From an uncultured Chloroflexota bacterium (GTDB taxonomy: Bacteria; Chloroflexota; UBA11872; VXNJ01): a stretch of DNA of 64,000 bases. The stretch covers positions 109,206 to 173,205 of the forward strand of contig CAJWLF010000002.1 of the NCBI GenBank assembly GCA_913043205.1. The letters are read 5' to 3'. The number at the start of each line of letters is the position of its first letter. Positions within the stretch are counted from its first letter, which is position 1. Below, one piece after another: positions 17,089-26,655 of the stretch. Under the pieces are notes generated by a model. It worked only from the letters and a program-made list of their open reading frames with translations. It ran no database searches and was not told where the DNA came from. The position numbers were made by a program, and so were the translations under genes.

Positions 17089-19491
17089 TTGCATATAGCC
17101 CAAGCAAGCATAGCCGATAGCACACCGCGGCTGGAAAGCCCCCGGATATGTTCCATCATTTCGCACCCACTCCAAGATTCCTTAGGGCATTTTCATTTGA
17201 TACTAGAAGGCGGCACCCCACGACTATGCCAGGAATTTATACGTGTCGCATCAACAGCATACTACGCTCCTGAAACAAGGGACCCAATAGCCGGGTTAAT
17301 GAGGGCAATGCGCATGGGGTCTAGTGCTGCAGCCAGCCTCGCAGCAAGAGCCGAAGAACACTTGGACATTGGTGCAACTGGTCTGGTTACCGATGAGGGA
17401 AACTTATATGTAGCTCAACAACATCCGGCTCAGGTTTATATTCATCGAAACGGACCATTACATGCTCTTCCAAGTCTCGACTCTTCTGGAGATAAGTCGT
17501 ATAACGATGGCTTACCATTCGATCAAGACATAGAACTTTCACGAGTATCTCTTGAGCACGGGGACGTCATTGCAACAACATCATCGATCGTTGCGCGCAC
17601 TATCCGCGAACGAGAAATCCGAGGGATATTAACCCGCTACAGTCCTGAAGCTAGTGCATCACAACTAGCTTCACTAGCAGCTCAGCGCGGAGCAGGCGAT
17701 TGTGACGTACTAGTGATACAGTGGCAAGAGAATATTCCTGATTCGACAGAAGCTAGTCAAGAAAAAGATCACACTAATGCCTTGAAACAACTACCAGAAT
17801 TCGACGATTTAGATCCAAAGGATGATCCGGAAGAAAGGTTGACAGATAGCAGGCGGAGCTCAAGAAAACGTAAATCATTCATGCTGGCTTTACGAGATCT
17901 TTTTGTCGGCATACTGATTATGATTCTACTTACACCATTAACCGCGTATTCTTCCATTGCAAAAACTGTTAGGCGAGAAAAGCCGAACATTGGTGAGAAA
18001 GACGATGATGTCAGACACGTAGAAAAATCCGATTATGAACAACGTCGGGAAGCCATATCCGGAGACCCGCTAGATCTGGATGAGTTAAACAGGCAAATAT
18101 TTGATTCATCAGATAGTGAGTCAGATCGTCTGACTCCACGTTCTTGGCCAGGGTTGCCACCTGCCAAACGCGGTCGACTTTCCGGACTTTGGCCATCACC
18201 CGGAATATCAGGAGAGCCTTTGAGTTCAAAAAGCAAAAATCGTACTATAGGACCTGGGTCAGCAATTCTTTTTGCATCACTTGTTATCCTCGGAGTAGTG
18301 CTAGCTGTCTTGTTTGTGCGCAATGAACAGACGATTACACTAAACAGAGATCAGTCCGGCGAGGATGTTTCGTCAACCGCCAAACCAGAAACATCACAAG
18401 GTGACAACACCGTGGCTGCAAGTCAGAGCAAAACAACAACCTCAAGTGAATATCTCTTACGTGCTCAAGATTTCTATAAATCAGCATTAAAGGAAAAGGA
18501 TGATGCACAAGCATTACAAGCCTTACAAGATGCTGCCGATGCTGCCAATCAAGCTGGTCGAGGGGCCCAATCTACAGCGATAAAAGAAGTTAACCAGTTG
18601 CTGGCAGACATTGACAAAGAGCGCGACCGACGGAACAAGGTAGTACGCCTAGCTACGAGTGCTACTATCGGCGACTTTCCTGGCTCCGGAGTAGGAGTGG
18701 TGTCTGGAAAAGCACAACTAGAAGTTTATAACGGCCGACAATATGTGATCGATGCCGTAGTCGGTCAGGTACTTGAATTCACAAATCCTAAGATCGGAAG
18801 CACAGTTATTCGTAAAGGTACAGAAATTGGCCAAGCGGCAGCCGGAGATCCGATCGCCATAGTGGCACGAGAACAAGGGCTACTCGCAATTGATAGTCAG
18901 AAAAATATATTCAGCATTATCGCAGAAAAACCCACAGAACAATTACGGATAGTCGGAACTGAGACCTGGGTTGGCCCTGCGGCTTATGACAATTTCCAAA
19001 ACAACCTTTATGTTCTAGACCCATTCGCGAATAAGATCCACAAATACACACCAAGCACCAATGGATACACAGTTGCCCCCAGTAATTATTTCGATGAAAA
19101 AGTAGATATCGCAATAGCCATAGATTTGGCGATTGACGGTGACGTATATATATTGCTCAATGACAGTGAAATAAAACGTTATCGTGCTGGCAAAGAGATC
19201 GGATTTCGTGTTAATGGTCTTGATCGACCATTCCAAAACATCAGCCAGATTTTCACAAACTCAGATCTCACTAGCTTGTATTTGGTCGATCAAGGCAATC
19301 AGCGCATAGTTGAAATCGACAAACGTTCGAATAGATTGGGTGATTTTGTTCGGCAATTCAAGTTCCGTGGCAGTGGAGAAGAATTCTTCGAAGACATCCG
19401 TGACATTTGGGTTAGCGAATCTGAAGGACGTTTACTAGTATTAGGTAAGAATTCACTAAGACAGTTTGTACTGCCTAAATTAAACGATTGA
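17089..19491 (+). CDS. membrane protein with an N-terminal divergent PP2C/PPM-like phosphatase domain, two TM helices flanking a low-complexity charged linker, and a C-terminal NHL/YVTN-like beta-propeller
   Basis: PPM-like motifs (GATGLVTDEGNLYVAQ...VYIHRNGPLHAL; HGDVIATTSSIV; GDCDVLVIQW) with metal-binding positions partly substituted (LEGGT where DGMGG is expected). TM segments at about aa 262-287 and 390-411. The C-terminus has repeated hydrophobic-D/N...I..Y/F blades (LYVLDPFANKIHKY; LYLVDQGNQRIVEID). Start is a TTG. Confidence 0.6.
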   Translation: MHIAQASIADSTPRLESPRICSIISHPLQDSLGHFHLILEGGTPRLCQEFIRVASTAYYAPETRDPIAGLMRAMRMGSSAAASLAARAEEHLDIGATGLVTDEGNLYVAQQHPAQVYIHRNGPLHALPSLDSSGDKSYNDGLPFDQDIELSRVSLEHGDVIATTSSIVARTIREREIRGILTRYSPEASASQLASLAAQRGAGDCDVLVIQWQENIPDSTEASQEKDHTNALKQLPEFDDLDPKDDPEERLTDSRRSSRKRKSFMLALRDLFVGILIMILLTPLTAYSSIAKTVRREKPNIGEKDDDVRHVEKSDYEQRREAISGDPLDLDELNRQIFDSSDSESDRLTPRSWPGLPPAKRGRLSGLWPSPGISGEPLSSKSKNRTIGPGSAILFASLVILGVVLAVLFVRNEQTITLNRDQSGEDVSSTAKPETSQGDNTVAASQSKTTTSSEYLLRAQDFYKSALKEKDDAQALQALQDAADAANQAGRGAQSTAIKEVNQLLADIDKERDRRNKVVRLATSATIGDFPGSGVGVVSGKAQLEVYNGRQYVIDAVVGQVLEFTNPKIGSTVIRKGTEIGQAAAGDPIAIVAREQGLLAIDSQKNIFSIIAEKPTEQLRIVGTETWVGPAAYDNFQNNLYVLDPFANKIHKYTPSTNGYTVAPSNYFDEKVDIAIAIDLAIDGDVYILLNDSEIKRYRAGKEIGFRVNGLDRPFQNISQIFTNSDLTSLYLVDQGNQRIVEIDKRSNRLGDFVRQFKFRGSGEEFFEDIRDIWVSESEGRLLVLGKNSLRQFVLPKLND

Positions 19492-19520
19492 TATTACTGC
19501 CCCCCATAATCAGCAACCGG

Positions 19521-19591
19521 AGCGGGTAGCGGGAATCGAACCCGCGTTTCGACCTTGGGAAGGTCACGTTCTGCCATTGAACCATACCCGC
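19521..19591 (-). tRNA. tRNA-Gly (anticodon CCC)
   Basis: Manual cloverleaf: acceptor GCGGGTA/TACCCGC, D-stem GTTC/GAAC, anticodon stem GACC/GGTC with loop TTCCCAA (anticodon CCC), T-arm GCGGG-TTCGATT-CCCGC, discriminator U. The CCA is not fully encoded. Confidence 0.85.
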
Positions 19592-19673
19592 CAGAAACTT
19601 TGTACGTAACTGATTTTACAATCGTTTTGGCGATCACGTTGATACGTACACATTTAATGCTCTAAACGGCCAG

Positions 19674-21131
19674 CTAATATTCGCCATGGCCAGCATTATG
19701 CGAACCATTTATAGCGGTAACAGGATCATTCGATGCATTCTGCCATTCGGCCATACATCTCCTCAATCCGGTAATTTCATTCAAGTAATTCTCATCGCTG
19801 GCTAGATCATGCATTTCAAGCGGATCGTTAATCAGATCGAAAAGCTGATATCGTGTACTGCCCTTAACTCGATACTCGATTAATTTGAATCTTTCGTCTC
19901 GAACCATTCGCTGATAAGGTCCGTCCGATTCCACAAGAAGATCCATCTGATATGCAGAAAATATCGTTTCTCGGTGATCGCTCACTTCCCCATTTAGTAC
20001 TGGCAACAAGCTAATCGAATCACTTTGTGCAGGTATGTCCACCTCAGCGTAGTCCAGTAACGTCGCGTACATATCATGTAAGTAACATAAGGCATCGTGT
20101 CTTTTCCCACTTGGAATCCCTGGACCTCGCAATATCATAGGTACACGCACACTGTGACTATATAAATTCTGCTTCCCTAGCAAGCCATGCTGACCTAGTG
20201 CCAACCCATGATCCGCAACATACACAACGATCGTGTTATCAACTAAGTTTAGGTCCTGTAATGCTTGCATCAATCTGCCTATTTCCGAGTCAAGCTTCGA
20301 AATCATCCCATAGTAGTCAGCAATGTGCTGACGGATATCATCGGCCGTGCGAGGATGAGGTGCTAATTCTTCATCCCGAACATGTAGTTCACCATTATCA
20401 AATGGATGCTGAGGCAGAAAGTTGTCCGGCAGAGGGATTTCGGTATGTGCATACATGGAAGCAAACTCCTCTGGAGGCGTTCTTGGATCATGAGGCTCAG
20501 TAAATGCAATGTACATGCAAAACGGATCGTCGACTGAATGAGAACGCAGCAATCCTATCGCGGTGTCAGTAAAAAGCGTTGATGACCAGCTTTTCCCTCT
20601 CGCAACCTGATCAGGCTCGTAATTTCCAGTTGGCTGGAATTCCCACACAGGCGTAGCCTCATGGCTAAACCCTAATCCTGAACTTTTGGTATTCGGCGTA
20701 GGCTTTGCTTGATCAAATCCCCCACCCAGAAAGATTGAGCCACCATTTGTAAAAGATCTGGCATATTCACTCGGCCTATTATGCCATTTACCAATCCCGT
20801 AAGTAGAATAGCCAGCATCAGCTAGCAATTCCGGAAACAACTTATACCTGCCATCAATTTTGTATCTTGTGTAGTCTCTCCAGTACGGTTCCCTGTCGTC
20901 ATCTGGCGAGGCAAAAACATTGAATAGACCTACCCCTGCCAACAGCATCGCTCGACTAGGTAGGCATACAGCTCGGGATGTAGATCCCATAATGTGCGCA
21001 TTCATCATGGACGTCCCTGCATTTGCTAATTCATCAAGATTCGGAGTCTGAACCACCTTGTCCCCAAACCCGTGAATGGCGTCATGCCGATGATCATCTG
21101 CAATTAAGAAAAGTATGTTAGGCCTGGCCAT
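19674..21131 (-). CDS. sulfatase (formylglycine-dependent arylsulfatase family)
   Basis: N-terminal sulfatase signature with C-x-P-S-R (NILFLIADDHRHD...CLPSRAMLLAG) and a downstream GKWH motif. Confidence 0.9.
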   Translation of the reverse strand: MARPNILFLIADDHRHDAIHGFGDKVVQTPNLDELANAGTSMMNAHIMGSTSRAVCLPSRAMLLAGVGLFNVFASPDDDREPYWRDYTRYKIDGRYKLFPELLADAGYSTYGIGKWHNRPSEYARSFTNGGSIFLGGGFDQAKPTPNTKSSGLGFSHEATPVWEFQPTGNYEPDQVARGKSWSSTLFTDTAIGLLRSHSVDDPFCMYIAFTEPHDPRTPPEEFASMYAHTEIPLPDNFLPQHPFDNGELHVRDEELAPHPRTADDIRQHIADYYGMISKLDSEIGRLMQALQDLNLVDNTIVVYVADHGLALGQHGLLGKQNLYSHSVRVPMILRGPGIPSGKRHDALCYLHDMYATLLDYAEVDIPAQSDSISLLPVLNGEVSDHRETIFSAYQMDLLVESDGPYQRMVRDERFKLIEYRVKGSTRYQLFDLINDPLEMHDLASDENYLNEITGLRRCMAEWQNASNDPVTAINGSHNAGHGEY

Positions 21132-21142
21132 TAATCATCCCT

Positions 21143-21460
21143 TTAGCTAGTTTGCCGTCCTCTGTGCTCCTCCAAGTGGTGTTCAGTATAGAACCCTTCT
21201 TGCGTTCCTCGAAATACGGAAACATACAATTCGTCATCTGGAGACTGAACTGACGATATGAGGTTTTCTTCCAGAGAACACAACAAATCAAGTGTTTGTT
21301 TTTCGTCCAGTTCCCGAAACAACACCACAGTCATATAGGTAGCACCGTTGGATAAATGCACATCTACATGGGAAAGAGATTCTTTCCCTACCCGAATTAG
21401 ATATCCCTCTGACGCCAGAGTTCTATATTGACGCAAAAAACTAAATTCATGGTTATGCAA
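21143..21460 (-). CDS. hypothetical protein (105 aa)
   Basis: Intact ORF between nadC and the sulfatase on the same strand, with 11-bp gaps either side. I recognise no family. Confidence 0.45.
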   Translation of the reverse strand: MHNHEFSFLRQYRTLASEGYLIRVGKESLSHVDVHLSNGATYMTVVLFRELDEKQTLDLLCSLEENLISSVQSPDDELYVSVFRGTQEGFYTEHHLEEHRGRQTS

Positions 21461-21471
21461 TCACATTTCTC

Positions 21472-22338
21472 CTAATCAAAATCGAGACCAATATCCAAAG
21501 CCATTACTGAATGGGTGATAGCCCCTATTGAAATAAAATCAACCCCAGTCTCAGCTATTTCCCTAACATTTTCCAGCGTTATGCCCCCGGACGCCTCTAG
21601 GCGGGCACGCCCGGCGGTCAACTCAACAGCCTTGCGCAAATCATTCACGCCCATGTTGTCCAGTAGGACAAGATCCACACCTAAAGCAATACACTCTTCC
21701 AATTGTTTCAGTGTGTCGCACTCCACTTGAATTGGTAATCCGTCGCTGCGTGTCTTCAGTATGTTGTTAACAGCGCTGTTCAATCCTCCAGCAGCGCGAA
21801 TGTGATTATCTTTCACTAAGACCGCATCAAATAATCCGAATCTATGATTAGTCCCCCCCCCAATTCTCACCGAATACTTGTCCAATTTGCGCAAGCCAGG
21901 CATCGTTTTTCTGGTATCCAATATAGTCACACCAGTATCCGCTACCTTCGCAATGTATCGTGCGGTTTCAGTAGCAATACCACTCATCCTCTGAACAAGG
22001 TTGAGCGCAACTCGCTCCCCGGTTAAGAGGGTATTTACGGAACCATGGAAAAAACCGATTTCATCACCGTGTGTAATCCGATCACCCTCATTAACAACAA
22101 TTTTGCATGACATGCTTTTGTCGAGAGTATGAAACACCATTGCTGCGATTACACCGCCAGCCAATACCCCTTCCTGTCTACTGACCAATCTAGCTCCAAC
22201 TTCGATGCACCCATTAATACATGCCTCGGTCGTTACATCACCAGAACCTACATCTTCCTCAAGTGCGTTATTGATGACTGATTGGATGTACGGTCCATCA
22301 AGTCCTGTACCAATTAATAAATCGAAATCATTATTCAT
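21472..22338 (-). CDS. nadC: nicotinate-nucleotide diphosphorylase (carboxylating) / quinolinate phosphoribosyltransferase
   Basis: QPRTase pattern (ILDTRKTMPGLRKLDKYSVRIGGGTNHRFGLFDAVLVKDNHI; LDNM). 288 aa. Confidence 0.9.
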   Translation of the reverse strand: MNNDFDLLIGTGLDGPYIQSVINNALEEDVGSGDVTTEACINGCIEVGARLVSRQEGVLAGGVIAAMVFHTLDKSMSCKIVVNEGDRITHGDEIGFFHGSVNTLLTGERVALNLVQRMSGIATETARYIAKVADTGVTILDTRKTMPGLRKLDKYSVRIGGGTNHRFGLFDAVLVKDNHIRAAGGLNSAVNNILKTRSDGLPIQVECDTLKQLEECIALGVDLVLLDNMGVNDLRKAVELTAGRARLEASGGITLENVREIAETGVDFISIGAITHSVMALDIGLDFD

Positions 22339-23896
22339 ATTTCATAGTGAGACTAAAGGGATAGTCAATTTTGTAGTTAAGAGGATAAGCCAAATTAGGA
22401 TCAAGGCCAGGATGATCTAACCTATAGTGGGCCCCTCTGCTCTCTTTCCGATCATAGGCCGCTCTAGCGGCAAACATTCCAATAATAATTAATCCTGCAT
22501 TCTCTATCGCACTCGACCCAAAATCTACATTACTAGGAGCGCCATATAACTTTTCTATGGCTCGCTTTAACCCATCCTTATGTCTAACTATCCCTACCTC
22601 TTCCCACATAAGCTGCTGCAACGAAGCTCTGTTCATATGATTTTCCTGACAAACCACTTCTATGGTTGCGACAGGAAATGAATTTATCTCATATGGTATG
22701 TTGCTCGTGGTAGCCTCTACGACTCTGTGTGCAAACACCATCCCTTCCAGCAATGAATTACTCGCCAGTCTGTTTGCCCCATGAACTCCTGTGTTAGCTG
22801 CCTCTCCGCAAACATATAAACCCGGTATCGTGCTACGACCATAATCGTCGGTAAGTACCCCTCCAATAGAATAATGTGCAGCAGGAGCAATAGGGATCAA
22901 ATCAGTATCCATATCGAACCCTGAGTTCTTAATATCAGTCCAAATTGATGGGAACTCAGTCGAAACAGTCCCTCCCTGTATGTCAGTAGCATCTAAACAC
23001 ACCGAACTGGCGCCTGTTTCTTCCAACTTGCGATGTATTAACCTTGCAACAACATCCCTAGGAGCTAACTCCCCATTGGGATCTTCATCTAGAAGGAATC
23101 GATGGCCTTGATTGTCAACAATTTTCGCACCTGCACCACGTAATGCTTCAGATATCAAACGGGCACGATCACCAGAAAGGTCAAGAGCTGTAGGGTGAAA
23201 TTGAAAAAATTCCAATCCACTCACAACAGCCCCTGCCCGTATGCTGGCCGCAACTCCATCTCCAGTAGCTATCTGAGGATTTGTAGTACGCGAATACAGA
23301 GCGCCTGAGCCTCCAGTAGCCAAAACAATGTGCTCAGCTCTGTATTCAATTATGTGGGGTAAATTATCTGCAATAGCGCTTACACCAACACACCTCCCAT
23401 TCTCTATCAATAAATCCACCATCTGAACGTTTTCTTCAATTCCAATATCGGTCTTCGTAACAGCAGTTCCCAAAGCCGATTGAATTTCTATGCCTGTAGC
23501 TGCCCCACCAGAATGCAACACACGAGCAACTGAATGAGCGGCTTCCAATCCTCTCTCATGCTTGCCATCAGTGCTATCGAAACGAACTCCATATTTCATG
23601 ATTGTTTCTACCGAATGGGGCCCCATTTCAACCAGCATCCTAGCGTATTCTGGATTGGCTAATCCTGCAGCAGCAGACAGAGTATCGCTCAAATGCATCT
23701 CAGGATTATCATCAGACCCCAAAGCGACTGCTATTCCACCCTGGGCAAACCAAGTGTTCGACTGATTCAAAGCCTTCTTGGTTAAAATTCTAACCGTTCC
23801 ATGATCAGCTGCCAGCAATGCCGTCTGTAATCCTGCAATACCGCTCCCAATGACCAAATAATCACATGTCTTACTAGTTCTGGTCGACAAAACCAT
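22331..23896 (-). CDS. nadB: L-aspartate oxidase
   Basis: FAD-binding start (DYLVIGSGIAGL), fumarate reductase/succinate dehydrogenase flavoprotein-like core (HYSIGGV, RLASNSLLEG) and the NadB C-terminal domain. 521 aa. Confidence 0.9.
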   Translation of the reverse strand: MVLSTRTSKTCDYLVIGSGIAGLQTALLAADHGTVRILTKKALNQSNTWFAQGGIAVALGSDDNPEMHLSDTLSAAAGLANPEYARMLVEMGPHSVETIMKYGVRFDSTDGKHERGLEAAHSVARVLHSGGAATGIEIQSALGTAVTKTDIGIEENVQMVDLLIENGRCVGVSAIADNLPHIIEYRAEHIVLATGGSGALYSRTTNPQIATGDGVAASIRAGAVVSGLEFFQFHPTALDLSGDRARLISEALRGAGAKIVDNQGHRFLLDEDPNGELAPRDVVARLIHRKLEETGASSVCLDATDIQGGTVSTEFPSIWTDIKNSGFDMDTDLIPIAPAAHYSIGGVLTDDYGRSTIPGLYVCGEAANTGVHGANRLASNSLLEGMVFAHRVVEATTSNIPYEINSFPVATIEVVCQENHMNRASLQQLMWEEVGIVRHKDGLKRAIEKLYGAPSNVDFGSSAIENAGLIIIGMFAARAAYDRKESRGAHYRLDHPGLDPNLAYPLNYKIDYPFSLTMKYE

Positions 23897-24048
23897 CTAC
23901 CATTCTGAATGAATTGTATATCTGTGCCTCCAAGTTAATCATTGAAAACATTACACCGAAACCAATCAATTCCATTGCACACATAATTCTATTGGTCATA
24001 ATCAGGAGAACATCATCCCTAGATATGTAGAACAGGCCTTCGTAATCA

Positions 24049-25302
24049 ATGGGCAATAACCAACGTTTACACCTGGTAAAAACACTGTCATCACAATGTA
24101 CAGTACTCATTGTAGCCCTATCTATGCTGACCATCCTATCCAATACAGCATGTAACCCGTCCAGTTCACTATCAATCCCTGATGAAACCAGATCTCCAAT
24201 CCTTGACACCTCGTCAGAAAGTTCAAAACTACAACCTTCTCAAGCCTTGGACACCTCAAACCCCACAAATCCAATTCTCACACCAACAACAAACTCTGGT
24301 TCAGCACCAAAGTCCTTAGCTCCATCTGCAAGACAAGACCCTTTACCCGACAAAACCTCAATAATTACAAGGACGGTACCAGAAATCGTGCAGTTGATCT
24401 CACCGGCAGTTACCCGTGTATCCAATTTCGTTACTGTCAACTCTATTGATGGCTCAGCGCTTACTGAACAAGGAGAGGGTACTGGATTCATCATCGATAA
24501 GTCGGGACTAGTAGTTACGAATCATCATGTGATTGCTGGAGCCGACAAAATCGAGGTAGCTCTGACTGACGGACGAACAACTAAAGCTACCTTAATAGGC
24601 TCTGACGAATTAACGGATCTAGCCGTACTCAAGCTCCCACTGAAAGATCTATCAATCGCACCTATGGGCGATTCCTCCGTATTGAAGGTTGGAGAGACTG
24701 CTATTGCTATTGGGCACGCTCTAGGATTAGCCGGCGGGCCTACGGTTACCGTAGGCGTTGTGAGCGCCCTAGGTCGCACGATTGATCTCCAGAGTGGCCT
24801 CTCATTAAATGACGTAATTCAGACAGACGCATCGATCAACCCAGGAAATAGTGGTGGCCCGCTCCTAAACGCCACAGGGCAAGTTATAGGCATTTCGACG
24901 GCCGGAAATGTGAATGCTGAAAATCTAGGATTTGCTATTGCAATAGATAGTGCCCGTTCAATAATCGACGAATTGATTGCAGAAGGGGAAATAAAACGCG
25001 GTTTCTTAGGCATATGGGGAGTGGGTGTGACTCCTGATGACGCCCGTCGAAACAATCTCCCTGTGGAAAGAGGGATCTATTTGATGCAAGTTTATGAAGG
25101 AACTGCAGCCCACAAGGCAGGTCTTGCAGAAGGCGATATCGTAGTTGCTATCGATTCGATCCAAATTGATAACATGGGCGATCTAGGTCGAGCTCTCGCT
25201 ATGTATAAACCGGGCTCATTGGTTACGATTAAGCTATATCGCTATCCAGAAACTAAAATCAGGGAAGTGAAAGCCACAATGGGAGAGAGACCTGCCAACT
25301 GA
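24049..25302 (+). CDS. trypsin-like serine protease with C-terminal PDZ domain (HtrA/DegP family), membrane-anchored with a Ser/Thr/Pro-rich linker
   Basis: Catalytic triad context (VTNHHVIAG; DLAVLKL; GNSGGPLLN), a PDZ region at the C-terminus, an N-terminal hydrophobic anchor and a low-complexity S/T/P linker (aa ~35-110). Confidence 0.85.
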   Translation: MGNNQRLHLVKTLSSQCTVLIVALSMLTILSNTACNPSSSLSIPDETRSPILDTSSESSKLQPSQALDTSNPTNPILTPTTNSGSAPKSLAPSARQDPLPDKTSIITRTVPEIVQLISPAVTRVSNFVTVNSIDGSALTEQGEGTGFIIDKSGLVVTNHHVIAGADKIEVALTDGRTTKATLIGSDELTDLAVLKLPLKDLSIAPMGDSSVLKVGETAIAIGHALGLAGGPTVTVGVVSALGRTIDLQSGLSLNDVIQTDASINPGNSGGPLLNATGQVIGISTAGNVNAENLGFAIAIDSARSIIDELIAEGEIKRGFLGIWGVGVTPDDARRNNLPVERGIYLMQVYEGTAAHKAGLAEGDIVVAIDSIQIDNMGDLGRALAMYKPGSLVTIKLYRYPETKIREVKATMGERPAN

Positions 25303-25323
25303 GCCAGCAAGAAATAGATCATA

Positions 25324-26655
25324 GTGACTGACATGTTTGACCATGCCAGTGAAAACGTACGCAACAAACAGAAGCCACTTGCTGCACGAATGCGTCCGAC
25401 CAAAATAAATCAAGTTATAGGACAGACTCATTTACTCGGATCCGGTGCCCCTTTAAGAATCTCTATCGAAAAAGGGAAGTTGTGGTCCGCGATATTATGG
25501 GGGGGACCTGGTACAGGTAAAACCACTCTGGCTACCGTAGCTGCATCTACAGCAAATTATCACGTGATCCGACTGAGCGCGATTACTTCTGGTGTAACAG
25601 ATTTACGAAAATCAATACAAGAAGCTCAAGATTTGATGAAAATCAATCACTGCCCAACACTACTTTTCATAGACGAAATTCATGCGTTCAATAAGAATCA
25701 GCAAGACGCTCTGCTTCCGTATGTGGAAGATGGAACTATAACTTTCTGGGGGGCAACGACTTATAACCCCTATTTTGAGATAAATACAGCCTTAATTAGC
25801 CGCGTAAGAGTCTTACGACTGGAACCATTATCAAATAGCGAATTAGCTGAAATTATACGTCGCGCAATAGTTAGTAAGGCTATGGGTTTAGGCAACAAAA
25901 GGTTAACCATTGATGAGACATCTATTTCTCTAATAGCAAGCCTGAGCAATGGAGATGCCAGAGTCGCTCTAAATTGGCTGGAAGCCATCGCCGATTTAGC
26001 TGAAACTGAAAACTTGGATATTGTGTCCAAAGAGCTAATTGAACGTGCTCTTGTGACTAGGTCCACACAATACGATCGCGCCTATGACAACCACTTCGAC
26101 ACAGCTTCTGCGTTCATAAAAAGCATTCGAGGATCAGACCCTGATGCTGCATTGTTTTGGATGGCAAAAATGCTGGAAGGGGGAGAAGAACCAGAATTTA
26201 TAAGCAGACGAATACTTATATCAGCTTCCGAAGACGTAGGCAACGCTGACCCTGCTGCAATATCTGTAGCCATAGCTGCATGTGAGGCTGTGGAAAGACT
26301 GGGCTTGCCAGAATGCACCTTTGCCTTAGCGCAAGCTTGTATTTATATTTCTTGCGCTCCAAAAAGTAATACGGCTGGCGAAGCCTTATCAGCAGCTCGT
26401 CAAGCGATTAAAGACGGTGCTGACGTTACTGTCCCTTTGCATTTGAGAAACAACACATTCAGCGCAGCCGAGAATTTTGATTTTGCCAAAGGGTATAAGA
26501 ACATTCACAATTCGCCTGAGGGCTTTGAGCAACAGCAATATCTCCCTCAAGCAAATCAGCAGCTTAGATTTTATGTGCCAAAGGCTATAGGCTGGGAGAT
26601 CAATTTAGGCAACCGCTTGCATAAACTGTGGGGAAAGCGTTATTCAGCAGATTAG
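25324..26655 (+). CDS. rarA: replication-associated recombination protein A (AAA+ ATPase RarA/MgsA)
   Basis: Walker A (GGPGTGKTTLA), Walker B (LLFIDEIHAFNKNQQD) and the MgsA C-terminal helical domains. Confidence 0.9.
   Translation: MTDMFDHASENVRNKQKPLAARMRPTKINQVIGQTHLLGSGAPLRISIEKGKLWSAILWGGPGTGKTTLATVAASTANYHVIRLSAITSGVTDLRKSIQEAQDLMKINHCPTLLFIDEIHAFNKNQQDALLPYVEDGTITFWGATTYNPYFEINTALISRVRVLRLEPLSNSELAEIIRRAIVSKAMGLGNKRLTIDETSISLIASLSNGDARVALNWLEAIADLAETENLDIVSKELIERALVTRSTQYDRAYDNHFDTASAFIKSIRGSDPDAALFWMAKMLEGGEEPEFISRRILISASEDVGNADPAAISVAIAACEAVERLGLPECTFALAQACIYISCAPKSNTAGEALSAARQAIKDGADVTVPLHLRNNTFSAAENFDFAKGYKNIHNSPEGFEQQQYLPQANQQLRFYVPKAIGWEINLGNRLHKLWGKRYSAD

Noticed and set aside
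19492-19673. tRNA-Gly flanks examined for an integrated element (the same was done for tRNA-Leu at 58367-58453)
   Set aside because: No integrase, transposase, direct repeat of the tRNA 3' end or compositional shift was found next to either tRNA. The neighbouring genes are ordinary chromosomal genes.
21853-21861. C9 homopolymer (G9 on the coding strand) inside nadC
   Set aside because: It encodes the conserved GGG of the QPRTase motif (RIGGGTNH) in frame. It is slippage-prone in principle, but it sits in an essential biosynthetic gene and shows no sign of phase-variable organisation. It is more relevant as a sequencing-error hotspot.
23874-24209. 111-aa ORF on the minus strand between nadB and the HtrA gene
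   Set aside because: It overlaps the HtrA signal-anchor region on the opposite strand. It is not protein-like and is probably a shadow ORF in the nadB/HtrA divergent promoter region.
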